Shown here one piece after another: positions 1 through 7,052 of a stretch of DNA of 64,000 nt. A model generated the notes under the pieces. It worked only from the letters and a program-made list of their open reading frames with translations, was not told where the DNA came from and did no database searches. A program made the position numbers and the translations under genes. The stretch's first letter is position 1; every line of letters begins with the position of its first letter. The stretch lies in the IMG/VR virus record IMGVR_UViG_3300045988_116240. One strand, written 5' to 3'. This stretch comes from a virus.

Positions 1-144
1 TAAGCCTTGACCGTGGCAGAGCCGCAAGCCTCGACCGTGGCAGAGTCGTAAGCCTTGACCGTGGCAGAGCCGCAAGCCTTGACCGTGGCAGAGTCGTAAG
101 CCTCGACCGTGGCAGAGTCGTAAGCCTTGACCGTGGCAGAGCCG
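1..144 (-). repeat. 24-bp tandem repeat, 6 full copies, continues past the left edge; in-frame inside a CDS (8-aa units (Y/C)(D/G)SATV(K/E)A)
   Basis: Units 1-24, 25-48 ... 121-144 are identical except at unit positions 1 (t/c), 8 (t/c) and 22 (c/t). Confidence 0.9.
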
Positions 145-410
145 CAAGCAAATGATTTAGCATTAGAGGTGTGTTCTTTTCTTGTGTAAATGCCGGCTTC
201 GGCTAGTTCCTCTTCAGAAAAGTTATTTTCTAGGTAATTTGCGTCAATCATATTGGATGCACTCAAGACCCAATACCAATTATCGGTTATCGCTTTCAGT
301 AAGTCCTGTTTGCTTTTTGCGTTTAACCCCATCCTGTATCCATTTTGACAAGCATTATGTTTTTTAGCCCGTTCAAGCAGATCTTCTTTTAATTCCTCGA
401 ATGTCTTCAT
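1..410 (-). CDS. repeat-containing protein, 3' end cut by window edge (about 85-aa N-terminal domain, then 8-aa tandem repeats)
   Basis: Minus-strand ATG at 408-410; frame stays open to position 1. Translation MKTFEELKEDLLERAKKHNACQNGYRMGL...ACGSATVKAYDSATVEAYDSATVKA. Absent from the ORF track because there is no stop in the window. Confidence 0.6.
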   Translation of the reverse strand, partial: MKTFEELKEDLLERAKKHNACQNGYRMGLNAKSKQDLLKAITDNWYWVLSASNMIDANYLENNFSEEELAEAGIYTRKEHTSNAKSFACGSATVKAYDSATVEAYDSATVKACGSATVKAYDSATVEACGSATVKA

Positions 411-571
411 TATTTTTCGTTTATTAGTTCTACAATGTCTTTTCTTATCTCTATCAATTCTTCTTTGCTAAGTGTCTTTAATTCGTCTAGGATATCGTCC
501 TTCTTGGATCGGTTAGGTCTTGAAGGGGCTTGCACCACATATAACACCCCGAAATCATTTTTCTGACTCAT
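410..571 (-). CDS. small hypothetical protein (53 aa)
   Basis: ATG 569-571, TAA 410-412. Stop overlaps the next ATG (TAATG) and the start overlaps the end of the upstream gene. Translation MSQKNDFGVLYVVQAPSRPNRSKKDDILDELKTLSKEELIEIRKDIVELINEK. Confidence 0.4.
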   Translation of the reverse strand: MSQKNDFGVLYVVQAPSRPNRSKKDDILDELKTLSKEELIEIRKDIVELINEK

Positions 572-824
572 AAGTCATTATAACTATTTGGCGTACCACA
601 ATAAAGATTGATATGATCGCTAGGATCAAGAGGTGAATATTGAGAGGTTTTTCGTACCACTCAAATATTGACACTATTGATATCAGCCCTAGTACGGTAG
701 CCGCGATCATCCTTAGCGAGAAGATGGTAATGCTCTTTATGGCCCGGAATATCTTCCAGAGCCACGCTTGGTTTCTCTTTATCATATATATTGTTGTTTT
801 TAAAAATCGGAAGAAAGGCCTCAT
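555..824 (-). CDS. hypothetical membrane protein (2 predicted TM helices)
   Basis: ORF track entry; hydrophobic stretches ATVLGLISIVSIF and LLILAIISIFIVV. Start uncertain because the ATG lies in the arm of hairpin 816-844. Confidence 0.5.
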   Translation of the reverse strand: MRPFFRFLKTTIYMIKRNQAWLWKIFRAIKSITIFSLRMIAATVLGLISIVSIFEWYEKPLNIHLLILAIISIFIVVRQIVIMTYESEK

Positions 825-844
825 ATCCTCACGGACGGAGACCT
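816..844 (-). terminator. hairpin with conserved 15-nt loop (minus-strand RNA AGGUCUC-CGUCCGUGAGGAUAU-GAGGCCU); terminator or processing element
   Basis: 7-bp stem (1 mismatch). Loop is identical to the one at 57910-57924. Inner UCC-GUGA-GGA forms a GNRA tetraloop on the minus strand; T-rich tract follows on the minus strand. Confidence 0.45.
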
Positions 845-898
845 GCGTTGCACTTTAGTGAAATAATTGATTGAATAGCATCCGCTAGGGATGAAGCG

Positions 899-972
899 TG
901 CTCCCTGCCGGGCTTGAACCGGCGACCTTCCGCTTATGAGGCGGCTTCTCTTACCTACTGAGCTAAGGGAGC
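899..972 (-). tRNA. tRNA with CAT anticodon (Met, fMet or Ile2 not resolved)
   Basis: Minus-strand 74 nt: acceptor GCTCCCT/AGGGAGC, anticodon loop CTCATAA, T-arm GCCGG-TTCAAGC-CCGGC. Confidence 0.85.
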
Positions 973-1094
973 GTTTGCCGGGGTGGGATTCCCCGGCACA
1001 GTTTAATAATAACTAATATCTAATTGCCTGCCTCACGGCAGTATATTAAGGTCTTGGTTGAGAAGTGTAAATAATTAGCAATGTGATTTAAGCG

Positions 1095-1163
1095 TGGTAG
1101 CCGGGGGAACTCGAACCCCCTGTAACCCTGAATAATAATATGAATTTATTATGGTTCGCTACC
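1095..1163 (-). tRNA. non-canonical tRNA-like element (69 nt, no D-arm); possible pseudogene
   Basis: T-arm GGGGG-TTCGAGT-TCCCC, 6-bp acceptor GGTAGC/GCTACC, AU-only putative anticodon stem AATAA/TTATT with loop ATTCATA (TCA). Hand fold only. Confidence 0.35.
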
Positions 1164-1241
1164 TGCCCTAGCCATTTCCTAGGGTGGGATTCTTCTTTCT
1201 TTCATTGTTATAAAACTTGGTTATTAATAGGTCTATCGGTT

Positions 1242-1595
1242 TTATTCGTTTTCTTCCTCTATTGTATCATCCAATAACTTATCGATAGCCATGATAACCT
1301 TATCCGGCAACTTATTGGCGGTATCGTTAGACTTGAGATATTCTATAGTTCCACCTATTCCGATAATCATCAGCATATCCCTTTTAGAGGGGATGAACAG
1401 CAGCAAAAAAATAGGGATTGATATATAGGCGGCACATTTGATAGCCATGTTCTTAAACTTGGATTCGTTTTCAAAATCATCATCAACAAACCATCCGATA
1501 ATACTTATGGAAGTTAATACTCCCAAGATAAATACTGCGATTATCGCCAACGTTTGTATGGCATCTAATCTTGTGATCCAATAAATCTCATTCAT
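1242..1595 (-). CDS. hypothetical membrane protein (117 aa from internal ATG)
   Basis: Track ORF is 1242..1757. Start moved to ATG 1593-1595 (MNEIYWITRLD...) because the upstream 54 codons cover the structured hairpin 1620-1672. 2-3 TM helices. Confidence 0.5.
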   Translation of the reverse strand: MNEIYWITRLDAIQTLAIIAVFILGVLTSISIIGWFVDDDFENESKFKNMAIKCAAYISIPIFLLLFIPSKRDMLMIIGIGGTIEYLKSNDTANKLPDKVIMAIDKLLDDTIEEENE

Positions 1596-1619
1596 GTTGT
1601 TATTATTTAAAAGTGTTCG

Positions 1620-1672
1620 CTCCCCCACAACCTCCAACGGTTTCGAACCCGAATCATAGACGGGTGGGGGAG
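1620..1672 (-). ncRNA. tRNA-like minihelix or strong hairpin
   Basis: 9-bp stem CTCCCCCAC/GTGGGGGAG enclosing GGTTCGAAACC (T-loop-like) on the minus strand. Confidence 0.3.
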
Positions 1673-2062
1673 TATTTATCACTAACGTAAATCCGTAGTT
1701 CTCGGATTGACCGTCTTTCCGATCTGTCGTCATATGATTGTCTGTCCAATCTGTCATACGTTTGGCCGTATTAACCTCCTACTATATCTTAGATACGACC
1801 CGTAGGAAAAGTCGTATTATTTAGTACGATACGGTTTTATTTGCCAACCACCGAAAGGATACCCAAATGGGATCGTACTTATTATATATACATTATTAAT
1901 TATATGTATAAATCCAATACCGGAACCGATTAAACTACATCGGGAGCAAGGACTATCGTCCTTTCCTGTATTTTCACCTTACGCTTATCCCGTTTATATC
2001 TCGTATACCTTTTGATAGCCATAAGGATTTTTCTCACTAAGTCAAAGAACTCTTTTTTTTAG

Positions 2063-2135
2063 TAGCCCCACCGGTAATCGAAACCGGAACCTTCTTCTTA
2101 GGAGGAAGACGCTCTATCCGTTGAGCTATGGGGCC
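2063..2135 (-). tRNA. tRNA-Arg (anticodon CCT)
   Basis: Minus-strand 73 nt: acceptor GGCCCCA/TGGGGCT, D-arm GCTC..GAGC, anticodon arm TCTTC-CTCCTAA-GAAGA, T-arm CCGGT-TTCGATT-ACCGG. Confidence 0.85.
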
Positions 2136-2141
2136 GAGGAT

Positions 2142-2450
2142 TTATCTTTTTCTCTTTTTATCCTCTTTGCTTGACATCCATCGGATGTAAATCTCATCAG
2201 TCCGACTTAGTTCTTTCAGCCTTACTGTTGGATATTCAATCTTACCGGGACGGCATATTGGGCTTATTGCTCCCATTTTTCTCCATCTTAATACATTAGC
2301 TTTACCATAAAGAGCTTCTGCTTTCCTTTGGGAAATGTAAGCTGGATCATCTTTATCCTCTTTGGCGAAGGTGTTTATCTTTGCCGCTAAGTCACGAATG
2401 AAGTCGTGATAAGACACAGATCTATCTGGAAATGTTATCTCGGCTATCAT
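2142..2450 (-). CDS. hypothetical protein with basic C-terminus
   Basis: ORF track entry; 4-nt overlap with the upstream HTH gene. Confidence 0.5.
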   Translation of the reverse strand: MIAEITFPDRSVSYHDFIRDLAAKINTFAKEDKDDPAYISQRKAEALYGKANVLRWRKMGAISPICRPGKIEYPTVRLKELSRTDEIYIRWMSSKEDKKRKR

Positions 2451-2632
2451 GATGGATCACTTTTAATTTCTACACCTCCGTAAAATTTCAAGGCTCTTCT
2501 CCTTATCAATCTGGTATTGGCCGTATCTGTCAGTCCTTTTAACGCTTGCCGGACACACACCGTAGATAAGCCCGTGTCGTTAGCGATTTTTGTTTGAGCT
2601 CCATGTGGAACCATTATTTCGTTCTTTCTCAT
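2447..2632 (-). CDS. small HTH DNA-binding protein (Cro-like candidate)
   Basis: 61 aa. GAQTKIANDTGLSTVCVRQALKG looks like a helix-turn-helix. Faces the operator-like repeats at 2722-2766. Confidence 0.5.
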   Translation of the reverse strand: MRKNEIMVPHGAQTKIANDTGLSTVCVRQALKGLTDTANTRLIRRRALKFYGGVEIKSDPS

Positions 2633-2734
2633 AATGTTATGTATTTTTTATTACTATCTTTGCCGAATAATTATAACTGTTTCTATTTCGAAACCTATTT
2701 GTGCTTCGATTTTGATACCGCAAATGTACATCAT

Positions 2735-2766
2735 TTAATGTACAAAACAAACATTTTGTACATTAA
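2735..2766. promoter_or_regulatory. operator-like inverted repeat TTAATGTACAAAA-N6-TTTTGTACATTAA
   Basis: Perfect 13-bp arms. Third AAATGTACAT copy at 2722-2731 and fourth at 3726-3735, both in divergent intergenic regions. Confidence 0.55.
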
Positions 2767-2852
2767 AATAATTACAATATTTATGCTATAAAACATGTAT
2801 TATTGTATGTGATTGATTTATAAATAGTTTGATAAGTATTAAAGAAAGGAGT

Positions 2853-3401
2853 ATGAGAGATAGATTATTATTGGCATCATGTGCATGCTCTATGTTGATG
2901 AGCATATTGGCGATCTGTGTGGCGTTTTATAGATCACCAAACTTGGGTTTTGATTATCAGGGAGTGATTGTCGCTACATTGACTATTCTTGTGACAGTGT
3001 TGGTTGGTTATCAGGTGATGAGCGTTCTTTCTTTTGATAAGACTATGAACACCAAGTTTGATAAGTTCAAGGAAGAATATAAAAAGGAGTTGAAATTGGA
3101 GACGGTGAAGGCGAATATAGACTTGAAGACTAATATTCGCTTTGCGTTTTTCAAATATGGAGATCAAGAGGTCATTTTCCATTTGTCAGAGAAAATACCA
3201 GATCTTATAGGAGAGCTTGAAGAGAAAGATCAGGTCATATTCTTTGTCGCCGAAATAGAACGGTTAAAGAAATATATACAAGAAAATCTGAAAGACATAG
3301 ATAAGAAGTATCTCATTCGTATGAAAGAGGCTTACTTACGTTACGGATATGTTCCTTGCGTCTTTGATTTTCTAAAATACTTAGATAACGTTTGTGCATA
3401 G
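2853..3401 (+). CDS. hypothetical membrane-anchored protein
   Basis: Track ORF starts at TTG 2829; first ATG is at 2853. Two N-terminal TM helices, then a charged helical region. Confidence 0.5.
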   Translation: MRDRLLLASCACSMLMSILAICVAFYRSPNLGFDYQGVIVATLTILVTVLVGYQVMSVLSFDKTMNTKFDKFKEEYKKELKLETVKANIDLKTNIRFAFFKYGDQEVIFHLSEKIPDLIGELEEKDQVIFFVAEIERLKKYIQENLKDIDKKYLIRMKEAYLRYGYVPCVFDFLKYLDNVCA

Positions 3402-3657
3402 CGTTGAGTATTAATAGCTCAGGTTCTTCCATTTTGTCTCCGAATGGATTTATATGCTTTTCCCAATGCTTGTAAGTCCCTTTTGAGATGGCTTTAACGC
3501 TTTCGCTAATGATATAATAGAAATGCTCGTTATAGTGGTATCTTCTATACATATCAACTAAATCAGGCTTATACGGCTTATACCGTATTCCTATTAAGGA
3601 CTCAAGGAATATCCTTAAACGTGATTTGATGGGTATTTTCTTTACGTTCTCTAACAT
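3313..3657 (-). CDS. hypothetical protein
   Basis: ORF track entry. Divergent from 3750..4196; its 3' end overlaps the convergent gene 2853..3401 by 89 nt. Confidence 0.45.
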   Translation of the reverse strand: MLENVKKIPIKSRLRIFLESLIGIRYKPYKPDLVDMYRRYHYNEHFYYIISESVKAISKGTYKHWEKHINPFGDKMEEPELLILNAMHKRYLSILENQRRKEHIRNVSKPLSYE

Positions 3658-3749
3658 GGTTATAGCATCCGATATGCGGATCGGATTTAATTGATAAACG
3701 TATCACCCGCATGTGATATAAAAACAAATGTACATAAAATAATTTACAT

Positions 3750-4196
3750 ATGAGTATTAATACTAGAATAAAAGAAATAGTGGATTATTATTATGGAAGA
3801 GAAAGAGGCTCTTTCCAAAAATTTGCAGATAAGCTTAATGTGTCAAGACAAGCTGTAACAAATTTATGTACTGAAGGATCTAGTGTTGGCATGACATCTG
3901 TAATGAAAATCCTAGATGCGTTTGATCTTATTGATGCAAATTGGCTTTTACGGGAAAAAGGCAACATGTTAAGGGTTGTAACTTCAAATGATGCGTCAGC
4001 CGTTTCTGACGAGAAAGTAAAAGATGTCGCTTATTGGAAACATGTAGCTCTTTCCATGAGTGAGGAGGTGACAGAGAAGAAAGATCGTATTAAAGAATTG
4101 GAAAGAGAACTTCAGCGATTAGGTGATGAGTTGGATCAACGTTTATTAAAGGAGGAGAGAAGGGGAGCATCCGGCAACGCTTCCAAGACTGCCTAG
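3750..4196 (+). CDS. HTH DNA-binding protein with C-terminal coiled coil (CI-like repressor candidate)
   Basis: FQKFADKLNVSRQAVTNLCTEG looks like a helix-turn-helix. AAATGTACAT operator copy lies 15 nt upstream. Confidence 0.55.
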   Translation: MSINTRIKEIVDYYYGRERGSFQKFADKLNVSRQAVTNLCTEGSSVGMTSVMKILDAFDLIDANWLLREKGNMLRVVTSNDASAVSDEKVKDVAYWKHVALSMSEEVTEKKDRIKELERELQRLGDELDQRLLKEERRGASGNASKTA

Positions 4197-4291
4197 GTAA
4201 AAGACATAGATCGTGTTGTATAACATGTGAAAGATCGCATCATATAGGATCGTTTTCGTGTTATAATAAGACAATTCATCATATTAGTCTA

Positions 4292-4459
4292 ATGAAACAA
4301 AAAACAAGTTCTTTGTCGGATCTAATCCACCCGATAGAGGTATCCGCTGATGAGCAGGAAGAAGTTAAGGTTTATCCTTTTGGAAAGTTGGTCCCATATC
4401 GAAGGGTAGGGAATAAGGTGTATGTGCGTTATATAAGGAATATAGATGAACGGACATAG
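4292..4459 (+). CDS. small hypothetical protein (55 aa)
   Basis: ATG 4292; followed by a hairpin plus T7 run at about 4470-4497. Below the ORF-track length cutoff. Confidence 0.3.
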   Translation: MKQKTSSLSDLIHPIEVSADEQEEVKVYPFGKLVPYRRVGNKVYVRYIRNIDERT

Positions 4460-4779
4460 TTTTCTTTGAAAGAGGCCGTTAATGCGGTCTTTTTTTATGC
4501 TTATATATTAATATGTATGCGCGCGAGGAAACATATGGATTTTTTAGTATATTGCGAAGCGTTTGAAAATGACGGTATGTGCTGTGGTTGATTTTAACTG
4601 TTCCAATGACTTACTTTTAAGCTTTTTGGCAGTTATTGAAGTGTCAAAAATTAAACCTAAATGTTTGTATATTGTTTTACCTTTTTTGCTAAACATCTGA
4701 TAATCATATATAGAATTACTGCGGCGCAAGCAGCTATAGAAGGATAGGCTGTTAAAAACTGCAAGTCTTAAATATCAAT

Positions 4780-4829
4780 ATATAAGGCTGATAGACGGGT
4801 TGAGTCTTGTTTATCAGCCTTATATTTTT
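4780..4829 (+). terminator. intrinsic terminator-like hairpin
   Basis: Perfect 14-bp stem ATATAAGGCTGATA/TATCAGCCTTATAT (4780-4793 / 4812-4825), followed by TTTTT. Confidence 0.6.
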
Positions 4830-4869
4830 ATGTCATTATTAGCGTAAAATGATCTGAATGATATGTGAT

Positions 4870-4921
4870 GTTTACACTTTGTTTGCTATATTTGCACATG
4901 GCGTTTACACCGTGTTTACAC
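4870..4921 (+). repeat. three direct GTTTACAC repeats upstream of the integrase gene
   Basis: Copies at 4870-4877, 4903-4910 and 4914-4921. TATATTTG (-7 box-like) at 4887-4894. Confidence 0.45.
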
Positions 4922-4950
4922 CATAAATTTAATGTATAAAGTGTTGATAT

Positions 4951-6435
4951 ATGGCAACTTTTAAGATTTGTGTTAGAAAGCAGCGTTCTGATGGCTTCTA
5001 TCCTGTTTACATCAGAGTAACCCATAACCGTAAATCCTCTTATATAAAAATGGATAAAATGGTTGATAAAAAAGGGTTGACTCGCACGGGGGAGGTGAAA
5101 GATCCTTTTGTCGTATCCTTCTGTTCAGATGTAATCATGCGATATGTGGAGAGAGCAAACAAAGAGGATATATCGCAATGGGATGTAAAAACCCTAGTGG
5201 AATATCTGGAAAAAGCGGATGAGGATATCTGTTTTTCTGATTATGCGAGAAAGTATAAACGGGAAATGGAAACAGTTAGAGGCATGGCCCGTAACGCCAA
5301 GAATTATGAGTTGGCCTATTGTCATCTTGAGAGATTTGCGGGAACTAGCAAGTTGATGTTTTCCCGGTTTACCACGAAATTCATAAATGACTGGATAAAA
5401 ACCTTATTACCAACGGCAAGGGCGAAAGAAATGTATCCTGTTAATGTTCGCCAGATTTTTAAAGCTGCAATAAATGAGTTCAACGATTACGATAGGGGCA
5501 TAATCAGGATCAAGACTAATCCTTGGCTAAAGGTAAAAATCCCCAATGCGGACACCCCCGATCACAGGGCCTTGGATGCGGACTTCGTTCGTGAGTTTTT
5601 TGCGACACCCATACCTCCGACAAAGATGATATTATCACTTCCAGAGTTGGCTAGGGATGTAGCCTTGATGGTCTTTTGCTTGGCAGGAATTAATACCGTA
5701 GACCTTTTTAGGGCAAAGAAGTCCAATTTGAAAGGCTGGACATTCTGTTATAATAGGGCTAAGACCCAAAAATTCAGAAGGGATAAGGCGTATATGGAGA
5801 TTATTGTTCCGGATATTCTCCGTCCTGTCATGGAAAAATACTTTACACCGGATGATGATGAGTTTTTGTTTAATTTCCATAAGACCTATCGTGATGACGA
5901 TTCTTTCAACGCAAATATGAACTCTGGATTGAAACGTATTTGCAAACATGGCGGTCTCAATGCTATATGTATGTATAATTTCCGGCATTCATGGGGAACC
6001 ATAGCGAGAAACGATATAAAAGCCTCAATGTATGACGTGGCTTTCTGTATGAATCATTCAAGCGCTCATAAGACTACAGAGATATATGTAAGACCGGATT
6101 ACTCTATAGTCTCTGAGATAAACAATAAGGTTATTGATTTTGTATTTAACCAAAAAAAGGAAGAAATGGTATATGAGGATCCTGTGAAATATTACCCTGA
6201 TGATCAGATGAAAATATCTTTTAGACAGATGATTAAAGGCAGTGTCATATATCAAGGCAAGGAGATATTCTCATTTACGGATATAGGATATAATAACATT
6301 GACGAAATAATAAAAAAGCTAGCGGGGCATGTCCCGTCGTTTGTTCCAGATGGAGCCAAGGTTGATTTTAGGATAGACAATTTAGATAAAGGCGAATACC
6401 GGATATTTATGAGACAAAAAGGAAAAGGCTTTTGA
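4951..6435 (+). CDS. int: tyrosine site-specific integrase
   Basis: N-terminus MATFKICVRKQRSDGFYPVYIRV is typical of Bacteroidota phage integrase arm-binding domains. Box II-like FRHSWGT ... MNHSSAHKTTEIYV (R-H...H...Y). Confidence 0.9.
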   Translation: MATFKICVRKQRSDGFYPVYIRVTHNRKSSYIKMDKMVDKKGLTRTGEVKDPFVVSFCSDVIMRYVERANKEDISQWDVKTLVEYLEKADEDICFSDYARKYKREMETVRGMARNAKNYELAYCHLERFAGTSKLMFSRFTTKFINDWIKTLLPTARAKEMYPVNVRQIFKAAINEFNDYDRGIIRIKTNPWLKVKIPNADTPDHRALDADFVREFFATPIPPTKMILSLPELARDVALMVFCLAGINTVDLFRAKKSNLKGWTFCYNRAKTQKFRRDKAYMEIIVPDILRPVMEKYFTPDDDEFLFNFHKTYRDDDSFNANMNSGLKRICKHGGLNAICMYNFRHSWGTIARNDIKASMYDVAFCMNHSSAHKTTEIYVRPDYSIVSEINNKVIDFVFNQKKEEMVYEDPVKYYPDDQMKISFRQMIKGSVIYQGKEIFSFTDIGYNNIDEIIKKLAGHVPSFVPDGAKVDFRIDNLDKGEYRIFMRQKGKGF

Positions 6436-6463
6436 TACTTATAAGACAAATAGACCAATAAAA

Positions 6464-6493
6464 AACGCCCGTGTCAGAAAAAACACGGGCGTT
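6464..6493. terminator. bidirectional terminator-like hairpin between convergent genes
   Basis: Stem AACGCCCGTGT/ACACGGGCGTT, with an A-run before it and a T-rich tract after it. Confidence 0.6.
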
Positions 6494-6524
6494 ATACTTT
6501 TGGCATGCGACAAATAGGACAATT

Positions 6525-6743
6525 TTAGAGACTGGTATCATGCCGGACAAAATCAAGCTCATAACCTAGAGCGTCTCCGATCTTTGATAACAGGTCGATG
6601 CCCGTGCTGTATTTCCCGGACTCAATCCGGGCGATATTCCCTTGGCTGATCCCTGTAAGATCAGCCAGCTTGTATTGAGATATACCGGCCTCCATGCGGA
6701 GCCGGGATATCCTTTTGCCGATTCTTTCTCTATCATTTCCCAT
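6525..6743 (-). CDS. XRE-family HTH transcriptional regulator
   Basis: IGKRISRLRMEAGISQYKLADLTGISQGNIARIESGK is a classic Cro/CI-type HTH_3 pattern. Confidence 0.85.
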   Translation of the reverse strand: MGNDRERIGKRISRLRMEAGISQYKLADLTGISQGNIARIESGKYSTGIDLLSKIGDALGYELDFVRHDTSL

Positions 6744-6756
6744 ACTGCGGATTTTT

Positions 6757-6942
6757 TCATTCTATATCTTCTATCGCATAATCTCCAGATGCAGCAGGAG
6801 CAAGCTCATTTACAATACTGTCAATTTTTTCCGCATCTTCATCAGATATTTCGATCTGCATATTTTCATTGCAGATCATTTCTATCCCGTTATTTTCCAG
6901 AATCTCTAATAACTCGCTATTTTTGCAATATAATGTCTTCAT
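6757..6942 (-). CDS. small acidic hypothetical protein
   Basis: 61 aa; 13 nt upstream of the XRE gene and apparently in the same operon. Confidence 0.45.
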   Translation of the reverse strand: MKTLYCKNSELLEILENNGIEMICNENMQIEISDEDAEKIDSIVNELAPAASGDYAIEDIE

Positions 6943-6985
6943 TTTTATTACGCCGCTTATCCGTTGCCGCCGGTTCTATTGTTAT

Positions 6986-7019
6986 TTTGATATTGCAAAT
7001 GTAATATCAAATTTGATAT
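6986..7019. promoter_or_regulatory. operator-like palindromes (TTTGATAT / ATATCAAA half-sites)
   Basis: Perfect 16-bp palindrome ATATCAAATTTGATAT at 7004-7019, plus an extra TTTGATAT at 6986-6993. Lies upstream of the 6942 -> 6525 operon. Confidence 0.5.
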
Positions 7020-7052
7020 CATGCAAGGCTTTGGTAAATTATTTTATATGTT

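Noticed and set aside
1-144. Regular 24-bp repeats could suggest a CRISPR array
   Set aside because: The units are contiguous with no spacers, are in-frame with an upstream ATG at 410 on the minus strand, and translate into a clean 8-aa periodic protein. No cas genes are present.
1596-1757. N-terminal 54 codons of track ORF 1242..1757
   Set aside because: They cover a 9-bp GC stem with a T-loop-like interior and encode a Pro/Thr/Asp-rich non-membrane segment. The internal ATG at 1595 gives a compact membrane protein.
5635-5988. 117-aa antisense ORF within the integrase gene
   Set aside because: The integrase frame has clear catalytic motifs, and the antisense translation has no recognisable features.
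6566-6760. 64-aa alternative-frame ORF overlapping the XRE gene
   Set aside because: The XRE frame has a textbook HTH, and the alternative translation is Ser/Pro/Gly/Trp-rich junk.
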